Position numbers and translations under genes: made by a program. The notes beneath the pieces are model-generated. The model searched no databases. It had not been told where the DNA came from and saw only the letters and a list, made by a program, of their open reading frames with translations. This document shows, one piece after another, positions 38,680 through 50,190 of a stretch of 64,000 bases of DNA (its first letter is position 1; each line of letters begins with the position of its first letter). The DNA is taken from NCBI GenBank assembly GCA_965235115.1, contig OZ249444.1, forward strand, positions 6,076,001 to 6,140,000, given 5' to 3'. This DNA comes from Laetmonice hystrix. Lineage: Eukaryota.

Positions 38680-39551
38680 TAGAGGGAGTGGGGGCAGAGG
38701 GGGGTCTGATGTCCACTGGTATGGGGTCACTGGGCGACTAGTCAGCAAGCCAATCTGGATCAATTGTCTACAAGCCATGGGACCTGGGTCGGTTGGATGG
38801 TCACTGCCAATCGGGTGGTACAGTAGAATTGTTGAGGATATTGTCTGTTAGGCCATCAGCGTGACCTCCTATAACCCTCACTTCCCTTCCTGCTGCCAGG
38901 TAATAGTGTTCAGAGCCGTCAGGATGTGGTCGATCGATTATGAAATACCTTCATTGAGACTGTTGATTTGATCAAGGACAACCTCTCCTCAGTGGACACC
39001 GTTCTAGTGCCATTGAGGGATGATGAAGTTAACCTGGGATGAACTTGTTAATTTGTGAACGTCTCAGCTATATGGGACCTGTTGCCCCCGTTCTGCCCGG
39101 AATATAGGGGGACTGACTTCATATGGAAGGCACTGGAATTTTCAACATTGTTTTTCATGGATATTTTTACGGCAGTGGAAATATCACCGTAGTGAAAATG
39201 TTACCACGGTTAAATTATTATCCCTGAAAATATCGATGAAAATTAATCTAGAAAGTTTAAAAAACACTTAAGGCCTATGGGCTGCCGTAGCTCTGCTTAT
39301 CTTAGCTACAGCTTGCTGCTTAGAGCCTTGCTGAAACCGGGGCCTGATGGAGAAAGTCTTGAGTGGTGGAGTTGGCGGGAGGCGACGTCAGAGGAACATT
39401 ACGGAACATTATATGGACTGTAGTGGTGTGGAACATGTCCTAAATCATCGGCAAGTAGGGGAAGGTATTGAAACGGCGAGAGAACTGGTGGATGGATATG
39501 GGAGTGGTGGATATAGGAATCAGTGAGTCGTAGACCCTCCCATAGACTGAG

Positions 39552-39993
39552 CAGTGGCTCCCCTAGCGTAAAATAGAAGGGTGCCCTGCCCTGCCGTCAC
39601 TAGCCCCCGCCCTGCCCTTTTAAACAGCGCCCTGCCTCTGTAAACAGCGCCCCTCTGCCCTCCCCGCCATCAAAGACTAATGACTTCCAGGACTTGTCCC
39701 AGCTGGCATTACATAACACAGTCACCGAGCGACAGAACACAAGAGAAAGACGTCAGGAAGTACACAAGAGCCTAGTCAGTGAAAGTAAGATTGAGTTATT
39801 AAAAAGTTTGAATAAATATTGAAGTTAGGTTTCTTGTTTTCAAATTTTTTTCATTCAAAGGCCTGCCCCCTTCCCCGGTAACCTTAACGCCTTCGATGCT
39901 CGTACTTGTGCCTTTGCCACTTGCCTCCACGCAAAATATGACCCATCCTTGACATATGTTACCCTGCCCTTTTGAAATCCTGGGGAGGCGCTG
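39552..39993. mobile_element. 442-bp hAT-like MITE (copy B, from the tandem duplication)
   Basis: Same ends and length as 38238-38679. Confidence 0.5.
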
Positions 39994-40770
39994 TAGAGGG
40001 AGTGGGGGCAGGGAGGGGGGTCTGATGTCCACTGGTATGGGGTCACTGGGCGACTAGTCAGCAAGCCAATCTGGATCCATTGTCTACAAGCCATGGGACC
40101 TGGGTCGGTCGGATGGTCACTGCCGGTCGGGTGGTACAGTAGAATTGTTGAGGATATTGTCTGTTAGGCCATCAGCGTGGCCTCCTATAACCCTCACTTC
40201 CCTTCCTGCTGCCAGGTAATAGTGTTCAGAGCCGTCAGGATGTGGTCGATCGATTATGAAATACCTTCATTGAGACTGTTGATTTGATCAAGGACAACCT
40301 CTCCTCAGTGGACACCGTTCTAGTGCCATTGAGGGGTGATGAAGTTAACCTGGGATGAACTTGTTAATTTGTGAACGTCTCAGCTATATGGGACCTGTTG
40401 CCCCCGTTCTGCCCGGAATAAAGGGGGAACTGACTTCATATGACATTGGAGGAAACGTTAGTACTGTGATTCCTGAACCATTGGAAAGACACCCCCCCCC
40501 CCCTTCCCACATCATTTCCCCGCTTTCCCCTCTAGCCCACACGTCCCACCTTCAATCTTAGCACTTCCAGCGGCGTTACCAGTCGTGACTGGCAAATCAA
40601 TTCCTGTTACGAAGGTCCTCCAACTGCCGCCACCGCACCACTAGCACCACCAATATTACTGGCACCACCTCCATCACGAGTAGGCCAGGCCTGGTTGAAG
40701 AACTGCACAAAGGATTAAATTGCTTTTCTTCAAGCATCAGCTGAATTCGTTTCGTTTTTTTTTTCAACAG

Positions 40771-40819
40771 GAATTCGGTTTTATCCTACTCGTGGGACTG
40801 AGAGCAGCAGACAGGCCAC
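40771..40819 (+). other. Candidate 49-nt exon (probably UTR or frame-shifting)
   Basis: Acceptor TTTCGTTTTTTTTTTCAACAG and donor CAC|GTGAGT; length is not a multiple of 3. Confidence 0.45.
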
Positions 40820-41130
40820 GTGAGTTCATCATTAGTATGATGACAGAATACGAAACTAACCACCAAGCAACAGGTCTGCCTCAGCTTGTTTGCCCCAATT
40901 GAAGATGGAAATGGAAGAACCCATCATTATTTCCATATTCAGAATTTTATTTACTCCTGTCGTTTTGTTCTTGGTAGCGGTGGTGGAGGGGAGGGGGGAG
41001 GGGGAGGGCTGAGTCCCAACACGATCAGCCCCGAGCTCCTCCAAGCTCTCAGCACCAAACGAAGGTCCTCGCGACGCTTGGCTGTGAAACCCGGCCGCTC
41101 CAATCGGTCACGGGTAATTGGGATGTTAGG

Positions 41131-41144
41131 GTCGCCATGGTAAC
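41131..41144. promoter_or_regulatory. RFX X-box motif
   Basis: GTCGCCATGGTAAC fits the GTNRCC-AT-RGYAAC consensus. Confidence 0.45.
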
Positions 41145-41857
41145 CGTACCGTCAGAGTTCTAACGAGGGAACCAACCATAGGACTTGCGTGTACATGTGA
41201 CCGGTAGGAATCGCCCGAGCTCGTCACAGTGACACACACCCTACCCCGCTGTCGGGTTGGTGCGGGGTGAAAGGCGCTGCTTCCAAGACATTCTCATCAA
41301 TAACGTAGCTCCTAAATGACCCCTTTTTGCCAAATGCAATTTAAGAAATATCCCACACCCTAGGACAATTTGACTGGGGTTGGTGTTTTAATGTGATGAT
41401 GTCAAACACCGATGTTATTAACAGTCAGATCTCCAGGAGATGGTTCAAAGGTCAAGTAATTCTTTCATGGAAAGGCAGATTACGGGGATTCTCAGTGATG
41501 GCATGTGATAAAATAGATAATGAAGTTACGCCTCCTAGGATTTTTATGTTCATGTGAGGAATCTGCATTTTAATAAATTCTTCCGTTGTCTTTCTGGTCG
41601 CCCTCCTATTACTGTGACCACCTCTTTACCATGCCGGTAAAAGGTGAAGGGAAACGGTAAAGAAGTAAAGGGTTAATGGAAGCCTTGGTACGAGAGGGTT
41701 AACTCTGTAGTAGAGTATTGCACTCTTTCAAGGATAGAACCAGGTTTCGTTTTTGTTTTTTGTTTTTTCTTCCGCAATTTCTCTCTTCCTTCGCTGAGAA
41801 TCAAGTGAATGCGGTTGTGCAAAGTAAAGATGGCGAGTGGTGGCCCCACTGGTGGCC

Positions 41858-41935
41858 ATGGTTGATGGAGCAGCTGAGACATGTACTACCTATTCACTCC
41901 TCTATTACAGACAGCGCTGTCTGTATGCCGGGTGT
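41858..41935 (+). CDS. Candidate alternative N-terminal exon (MVDGAAETCTTYSLLYYRQRCLYAGC)
   Basis: Kozak-like GCCATGG, phase-0 donors TGT|GTGAAT (41936) or CAT|GTAGGG (41945), and a long pyrimidine tract upstream at about 41745-41795. Confidence 0.25.
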
Positions 41936-42446
41936 GTGAATCATGTAGGGTCCCTCGGCCCTGGATGACCTCCCCTCACTATCCGCCAGCTATGACTGAA
42001 CACATCCGTGGAATCAGGCAGGAAGTCAGCAGTTGGGGGATGGGATTGGTAGAAGACGAATCATGATTGGTAGTTCATTACCAGGATTGATCGATCTCAG
42101 TATGAGGCATCAAAACACGGAGATGGGATGGGGTTAGGAAGTGTTTGTGTTAGTCGATGGCCGTTTTCCTGGCTATTGAATGGATTGCCAGAGTCTTATT
42201 CGACATTTAATGCCAAGCATCGTATGGCTAGGGCAGAAGGCAAGTCTGTTTTAAAGGTGTTTTTGTGGGCCTTCAGTTTGGGAACGGGCAGTGGTGTGGG
42301 ACAAACGCCGATACTGGTGCTGCCCCCTGTCGTATAGTAGAGGAACTATTTCTTTGCTCGTCAGACCTAGCACTATTCTTTCCCAGACTTTACATTTCAA
42401 AACATTCGCGACACAAATTAAAAATGAATTTTTCTTGTTCTTTCAG

Positions 42447-42626
42447 AAGTACCGGTATCCTCCACAGGAAGAGGACCTTCCCCCACCTCCGCCTGAGTTG
42501 ATGGAACAGAAACAGCAGCAGCATCAACAGCAGCAGCAGCCACCACAGGCCTCCCCCGCTCACCCGCAGACACAGCGTCAACCCTTGTACACACAGCCCA
42601 GCACAGAATTACCCCCACACCCACAG
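42447..42626 (+). CDS. dlg1: 180-nt coding exon, Pro/Gln-rich (KYRYPPQEEDLPPPPPELMEQKQQQHQQQQQPPQ...HPQ); resembles the KYRY/MAGUK N-terminal exon of Discs large (tentative)
   Basis: Acceptor TTTTTCTTGTTCTTTCAG, donor CAG|GTAGGT, open in phase 0/0. As I recall it, the vertebrate DLG1/DLG4 exon also begins KYRY(QDEDTPP) in phase 0. Exon reality is high confidence; the gene identity is moderate. Confidence 0.65.
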
Positions 42627-42814
42627 GTAGGTGAACAGTATGAAAGATTTCACCTTGTCAAAGGAAGTTGAAGGCCTGTTTCTACTCTTTCTACGTCTAC
42701 TCGTTCTTGTCACTGCGCCAAACGCTTTAAAAATCTTTTGAAATCAACCTTGAAAAAGTTGAATTTGCTTCCAAGAAACCGACGGGGAATTTAGGACCAG
42801 GACAAACTATCTAG

Positions 42815-42877
42815 CCACTAGGTGGAGCCACCAGGTATAACTCCCGCGCCGATGTTTGTGGTGGCGACATCTAGTGG
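42815..42877. promoter_or_regulatory. Convergent pair of CTCF-like motifs
   Basis: CCACTAGGTGGAGC (+, 42815-42828) and CCACTAGATGTCGC (-, 42864-42877). Confidence 0.45.
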
Positions 42878-44879
42878 CGGTATTTTCCCCGCGTTCCAAA
42901 CATCGCAGTTCGTCCGTGCGAGAACCAGTGAAGTGCCCTGTAATGTCAACCAGAACCACCAGGGGGACGCACGAATCAGGTTATGTAGTTCCGTTGTTGG
43001 TCGCCAGATGTCGCTATTAGAGGGTACCGCATCATCCAGGGTGTTCTGTTCGCAGCTCTCCTGTTTGAAGTGCGGGACTGTTCATTGATTTTAACAATTA
43101 GAACAAAAATTGGCTCGTTGCTCAGAGAGTCTAGAGAGAGCATTCACTCGCAGGGGTAAACCGCGATTCCATAATTTCTGCTGCTGTGCTGAGCTCAGTG
43201 ATTTTTTTGTTTAAAGTCCCAGAGCTGCGTTCATGTGTTGTGTAGCAGTCTGTTAAATGGAGATTCAACATGCAAAGGTTGTTAAACCATCTGTAGAGGA
43301 AGAGTTTCCAATGTTGATGTTTATTTCGCGCCAAATGGCATGGGTAATAGCTGTACAATTTGGAATCTGCTTAGAATTTATTTGGATATGGGCAAACACC
43401 TGTGTCATCAGGCGGCATCATGTCATCCACCCCCCACTCCCAACAGAAAAAGGAAGAAACCAGGTTATATTTGTTCCCCTGTGTAAGGAGCAGTTCCTTT
43501 GATGTTCAGGGGTGACGCCGCAAATTTTGCAAGCGTTAAAAATGTTTTGATTTCATGAAATGTTCCTTTCATTTGCCTCGGAGGCGGCATCGTTTCCATC
43601 TTGAAGCGACGGTTGAGTGTTACCTTCCGAGATGCCGTTACATACAGAGGGAAGTGGGGTAATTGGTAGAAAAGCGGCCCTGAATCCTGGCTGTTCCTGC
43701 GGCGGGGGGAGAGATGGGCGGGGCCGGCGGATGGCCAGTTGGGATGTATTAGGACATAAACGGCATCCATTTCTCGGGTCCTTTCTCAGCTGTGGCACTG
43801 ATTGCTGGATGGCCAATCAAGGATGGTATCCTAGGGATAATAGGAGACCTCTCTCATCCTCACCCTCATAGAGTCTGACTTTCCTGTATGCCAGGCAAGT
43901 AAAGCCATGGAGGAAATAGGCTGTAGATCTCTTGACCACTAGAGAAAATGACTGTTATTAAGATGTTGTAGGACTTCAAGCTGGGATTCATTTGGCTTAG
44001 ACCATAGGTGTGACTCCAGGCAGTGGAAGACGATTATACTATATGGGATGTAGAATCTAGAATGTGTTTTCTTCTATTGGGTGGAGTTGTTGATGATGGA
44101 TTGTAAATGGCTATCGGTAATTAGACAGGTGAAATGACACGGGGATTACCACGTCTCGATCAACATTACCTGAATCCTTATTCTGGACAATTATGGGCAA
44201 ACATTATGGACTTCACACCTGCGCCGATCCCAGCGTTAGATTTCATTATTCAAGCCTTAGCAATTAAATATTATGCGTTTGTCTGTATGTGCCATTGGAA
44301 GAGTGGGTCTTGGGGTTGTCGGATTAATGTCATTTAATGCAGGACATGGTGCACTCCAGAAATAACTACATAATGGGATCCAAAGCTCAATTTCAAATTG
44401 CATGGTATCATTATTGGATGCGGATGTAATTTGTTACGCTGTACGGTACCACAGCAACAATCATTGGAAATTTCCAACGATATGCGTCGTTTCTGAGCCT
44501 AAGACGAGAAAGTAGGTCAGCTCATGTCTCAACACAAATGGAAGGATTTTAAGAGGCGAGAAGAAGTTGCAGTGAGAGAACATTAACCTCATTTAGTGGG
44601 ACCCTGATGTTATGAGTTAGCTAATGCGTCCATTGATACGGCAATCAGTGGGGAGGCGCTGGTCGTGCCCCCTCCGGTGGCGGGTAGCGCCGCCCGGGGG
44701 TGGAGCTCGGTCGGTGCGGGATGTGGACGGGAGACCTCGGCCCTAATTGTGGCGGAGTGACTGTAGGGGGCGCTGTGTACCGCTGTGGTTGGTTAGGACC
44801 GCAGGGCCCGCCGAGCCGTGATGGCAGAACCATGCTCGCCAATATCATAAATGATCAGTACAATGTGGGTCAGATGGCA

Positions 44880-44938
44880 GGGGTCGGGTTGTGGGTCGGA
44901 GGGTTGTGGGGGCAGGGTTGTGGGGGCAGGGGTGTGGG
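44880..44938 (+). other. Potential G-quadruplex G-tract repeat
   Basis: GGGGTCGGGTTGTGGGTCGGAGGGTTGTGGGGGCAGGGTTGTGGGGGCAGGGGTGTGGG: at least 8 G3+ runs with short loops. Confidence 0.55.
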
Positions 44939-45834
44939 ATTGAATTGAGATTGTACATAAGGGGACTGTATAATCTGGGGGATGGATCGGATTGTGTGGG
45001 CAGACAGAAATCTAAACCACATTCTATCCCTGTCTCCACAATCCTGCACAGTCCACCCCAAGGTGAACCTGAGGGAACTGAAAGGCTAAAAGATAATAGA
45101 AATTGGCCATAGACTTTATACCAAGGTAGAAGTTCGCATTCTGAGATAAGTTTATCTTTCTTACATACTTTCTTTCGATTCCAGTCCATCGAAAATTGCG
45201 AAATTGCTCAAATTGTCTGTGCATCCACGTTGACCTGAGAGCTCAGGGCTGAAAGAATAAATAAAGTCTTGAAAGCAGCGGTTCGCAACCAATTCTACAC
45301 TGGTCAGTGGGGGTATTAGGAGAATTTACCGACCCCTATTTGTCATTTGGATTGGTCGTATTGTGTTCAACCCTGGAGGATCCCATCGGTCAAACAATAT
45401 AACGAACGTCCCGTCCCCAGTAAATATCCACAAACGTCAGAGCCGGGGATTTTTCAACTCAGAGCCATCTATTATTTGCCCACTTTCCTTCATTGGAGCC
45501 CGCAAGAAGAGAACATCTAATGGTGCTCCCATTAATGCTCCAATGACACTGGCACGAATAAATGGCGCTCAAACTTGGAGTGGATTTTTTACAAGGAAAT
45601 CTTACAAGAAGAATCCGCGCTGGGAAATACTCTGCTTTATGGCCGTGTAACATGCAGGGGGTGGGGGGGGGGGGCGATGTGGGGGTGATAGACAGATTAA
45701 TGATTATCTTCTTTGTTAATCCGAGGACGGAGTGGGGAGGGGGGGGGGGGTTGTAAGGTGTTTGTACTCTTAACAACAATATTCCCAGCCGCAGTCTACA
45801 AATGCAGTGGATGGGAATGGTTGAATTTCAAGAT

Positions 45835-46112
45835 GGGGATTTTTTTTGCAGACTATATTCCAAGACGAGGATTTTTCTGCAGACTATATTTTCCAAGAGG
45901 GTGATTTTTTTGCAGACTATATATTCCAAGACGGACTTTTTTTGCAGACTATATTCCAAGACGGGGATTTTTTTTGCAGACTATATTCCAAGACGGGAAT
46001 TTTTTTTGCAGACTATATTCCAAGACGAGGATTTTTCTGCAGACTATATATTCCAAGACGAGGCTTTTTTCCACACTATATATTCAAAGACGGGGATTTT
46101 TAGCAGTCTATA
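45835..46112. repeat. Minisatellite, about 32-35-bp variable unit (about 8 copies)
   Basis: Unit GGGGATTTTTTTGCAGACTATATTCCAAGAC with variable T/AT runs. Confidence 0.93.
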
Positions 46113-48761
46113 TTATTTTGCTTATGTATCTACACAGCTCAATTTGTCTCAATGATTGTACCAGCTATGGAGTAATGCTAATTTTGTGTTGGCTTTGTTC
46201 TGGTCTTACTGTTAAAGTACATTTTAATTGATTAAGTTTGGTTTGTGGGCGGAGGATACGTCTCCTCGTAATGAGTGAGTACGTGAATTTACTGACAGAT
46301 CGTCTGCTAGTGTTGATGAATTAACATCGAGTGAGCGTGTTGCTGGCGTGGAGTTGATTTATTTCTCTGATCAGCGCACTCAGTAAACACCACCACTTAC
46401 CACCAGGAATTTCAACACAGCTCAGGGCAAATAAACCCAAGGAATTGGGTCTTTTTCCGGACAAATCCATCACAGAGTGTTGGTAGAGCTTGTTTGTCCG
46501 CAAACGTGGTCGTTTGTGTAGGGCAATTTCCAAACAGAACAGTCTTATTAACTTCAAGTGTTGCGCGCCGACCAAGGAAAATTTGTGGGGAAATGAGCTG
46601 CTCCACTTAAGTGTTGCGAGACAGCTGTATGAAGGAAGGGTCCGTCAATTACAGCTGTTGTTGACAGGTGGCGCTGTGCATTCCACCGTGTCTGGGAGAA
46701 CGCTGTGGTAGGCAGTCTGGTGTGAAAACTGATTGCATGAAATTGACGTTAGGTTCACACTTGGAGTGGTGGTGAAAGTCGGGAGTTATCCCTAGAAATC
46801 TAAAAAAATCCCACAAATAATGTATTTAGCAGGATTCCCTGCCTTGGTGACACTTCGCGTTTGAGACATATTGATCTTAATGAAAGAAAGCAAAAAAAAA
46901 GGGGGGGGGGGGCTAAACACGTACACAAAATAAAACGTTACCAAAAAGTAACAAACACAACACACACATTCTGAATTTCCTTTTTAATGTCAGATTTAAA
47001 GAAGTCACGAAACCTGAAAGTAGAATCACTGAAACTAAACCTGATAGTGTTTACTAAAGGCTGATCCTGTTTGGTACCCAGAAAAGGTAAACTGACAAAT
47101 TTCATTACTGGAATGGCTTTCATCTCCATTCCCGGGTAATTATTCTATGTAAATGAGATGGTTTTCATGTAAATGAGATGGTTTTCATGTAAGTTAATTG
47201 CAGCTTTCAAGATGAACAGGTAATGACTTTAAAGGAAGCAAAACCTGCTGCATGTCATCGGGAGGCGGTGTACAAGTAGAACGACATGTCTTAATTAGAC
47301 GTTGACGTTCCGTCTGTTCTTGTTACTGACGTTTGCGTCTGGCTCGGTGAGACTGGCTGGCGCTGAGATTGTCAGAGCTGCAGGATCATAGTAAACTATG
47401 AAGTATGAAATTTAAAGTCAGTCAGCATGGAGAACCAGCGTCGTGAAGTTACATGGATAGGTACACCCAACCCATGGACAATTACAGGCTTGACGCCTTC
47501 CGTGGACTGAGAGCAGGGCCCAGGTTTTCAAGGCTTAAGTTCGATCTTAAGCTTAAAGCTTCGGGTTGGCTGATCTGCTTGCTAAGCTTAAGCAATAGCT
47601 TAAGTTTTGAAATTGCTTGCTCATATCATACGCTTGGCTAGAATCGGCTATCATAACTGAATGCACTACTTGTAAGCGAGCGGAATTAAGAATAAAATGA
47701 TTCAATTTTAAATACACATTGGCACGGCATCAGACTTCACAAGACCAAACAATGCCCATATTGGCTCACAAAGCGAGATGAGTTGGCGGTGAAAATGTAT
47801 ACAGATAATCTGTAACGACAGTGACTGGTGGCTGAGAGATAGGACCTCCCGTGTGGCAGGTAGCAGTAGAGAGCAGTCTCCTATCTGCCACCCGCATGTC
47901 ATGTCTGCCATAGATAACCTGAAGTCTGTCAAAAGCAGCTACTCGCTAGTAATGAGGCTATTTGTAGAGACGTGCCTGGCCGGTCTGAGTTTGAAGTCGA
48001 ATGATGGGACGCACGGCCCGCTATTGGTGTAACTAATTACTTTGAACATGTGCTAGCCATGCCGTCAGCCAGACACTTGTAAGGAAACGAAAAAAGCACT
48101 TGAGGTTTTTTGGGGGGTCCGTCGAGAGAGATCTCATTGAAATGATTTTGATGGTTCTTAGTGCGTCCAGTATCTGCGCGATAGACAGAGTCTAAGGAAA
48201 ATTTTCCACGTGAATATTAACGGTTCTAAAGGTAAAATCCCTGATCCGGGGGATAAAGGAATGACTAAAATAGTAGGCTATGGGGTTTTTTTAAAGCAGA
48301 AAGTGTTATAGTGAGTTCCAAGCAATGTCTTGGACTTAACGCGAAACTGAAAATTTGTGCGTTGTCATGTTGCTTAATCAAGAGTGTGTAACTTTGGATT
48401 TCTCCAAGTTGAATGTGAGTCAGGATTGGAAGGAGAGAGGGTGTTGAAACAAGGATCCGCTATCCTGTTGTCCAAACACAGAAACGACTTCCCAACTCGT
48501 GCTGCATAACAGGGGAAAATAGCATTGAATGTCAATGACTCAATGGCGGATGTTGTACTGAGTTGTGTTGTTTGAAATTGACGTCAATGTGACAACTAGT
48601 GATTCACGTGACAAACGTTGAAGGACACAATTAGCAGTACTATCACACAGTTCTCAATGATGCATATCGTAATCAGAATAATAGAGCTTTAAGTCACTAA
48701 TGTAATTCTAGGTGCATCCATTGCCATAGAAACACATTATTATGCATATATAAAAGTGTTA

Positions 48762-50190
48762 GGATGCCTGTACCATAGCAATAACACGAAAAAAATAAGG
48801 GGGGGGGGGTATCTATTACAAAGCTAAAAAGTGTGTGACATCTCGGCGGAGGCTATTAATGGCGTGAAGGTGTAGTGTTTGTGCATAGAGAAAGACAGCC
48901 CCGACAGGGAAGGCTTTGGTCAGGATGACTGTGAACGGAACTGTGGGGGAGACTGCTCTCACAGGGAAGGCTTTGGTCAGGATGACTGTGAACGGAACTG
49001 TGGGGGAGACTGCTCTCACAGGGAAGGCTTTGGTCAGAATGACTGTGAACGGAACTGTGGGGGAGACTGCTCTCACAGGGAAGGCTTTGGTCAGAATGAC
49101 TGTGAACGGAACTGTGGGGGAGACTGCTCTCACAGGGAAGGCTTTGGTCAGAATGACTGTGAACGGAACTGTGGGGGAGACTGCTCTCACAGGGAAGGCT
49201 TTGGTCAGAATGACTGTGAACGGAACTGTGGGGGAGACTGCTCTCACAGGGAAGGCTTTGGTCAGAACGGAACTGTGGGGGAGACTGCTCTCACAGGGAA
49301 GGCTTTGGTCAGAATGACTGTGAACGGAACTGTGGGGGAGACTGCTCTCACAGGGAAGGCTTTGGTCAGGATGACTGTGAACGGAACTGTGGGGGAGACT
49401 GCTCTCACAGGGAAGGCTTTGGTCAGGATGACTGTGAACGGAACTGTGGGGGAGACTGCTCTCACAGGGAAGGCTTTGGTCAGAACGGAACTGTGGGGGA
49501 GACTGCTCTCACAGGGAAGGCTTTGGTCAGAATGACTGTGAACGGAACTGTGGGGGAGACTGCTCTCACAGGGAAGGCTTTGGTCAGGATGACTGTGAAC
49601 GGAACTGTGGGGGAGACTGCTCTCACAGGGAAGGCTTTGGTCAGAACGGAACTGTGGGGGAGACTGCTCTCACAGGGAAGGCTTTGGTCAGAATGACTGT
49701 GAACGGAACTGTGGGGGAGACTGCTCTCACAGGGAAGGCTTTGGTCAGAATGACTGTGAACGGAACTGTGGGGGAGACTGCTCTCACAGGGAAGGCTTTG
49801 GTCAGAATGACTGTGAACGGAACTGTGGGGGAGACTGCTCTCACAGGGAAGGCTTTGGTCAGAATGACTGTGAACGGAACTGTGGGGGAGACTGCTCTCA
49901 CAGGGAAGGCTTTGGTCAGAATGACTGTGAACGGAACTGTGGGGGAGACTGCTCTCACAGGGAAGGCTTTGGTCAGAATGACTGTGAACGGAACTGTGGG
50001 GGAGACTGCTCTCACAGGGAAGGCTTTGGTCAGAATGACTGTGAACGGAACTGTGGGGGAGACTGCTCTCCAGAGGCACCTGCATGGCCTTCAGACTGAG
50101 AGGAAAGTCGACGATGTGCTCAACTACGTGTGGCATGAGAATGGGCGGCAGGGAAAGGTTCAATGTGGCCTCCGGCGTCAGAATGGCTGA
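48762..50190 (+). mobile_element. Degenerate MULE transposase relic split by a minisatellite
   Basis: GCLYH..KKI and RRLLMA before the array; DDVLNYV and SMWPPASEW after it (cf. GC.FH..QA, RRLMAL, YV..TW, WPP..WSV). Confidence 0.45.
48893..50070. repeat. Minisatellite, 57-bp unit (about 21 copies, three 47-bp deletion variants)
   Basis: Unit ACAGGGAAGGCTTTGGTCAGAATGACTGTGAACGGAACTGTGGGGGAGACTGCTCTC. Confidence 0.98.

Larger units (their letters stand above)
36546..40442. repeat. Tandem segmental duplication of about 1.31 kb (copy A 36546-39125 with insertion, copy B 39128-40442)
   Basis: Both copies start AGGCACTGGAATTTTCAAC and end GACTTCATATG; they are highly similar with scattered substitutions. 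Confidence 0.95.

Noticed and set aside
41631-41643. ACCATG CCG GTA AAA G (MPVK) as the Dlg start
   Set aside because: Only about 800 bp before the KYRY exon, with no L27 exons in between; the frame stops after 9 codons.
48893-50070. VNGT in the repeat peptide MTVNGTVGE as the Dlg pre-PDZ1 exon (VNGT..EYEEI)
   Set aside because: It is part of a 57-bp tandem unit, has no acceptor, and no EEITLER motif follows.
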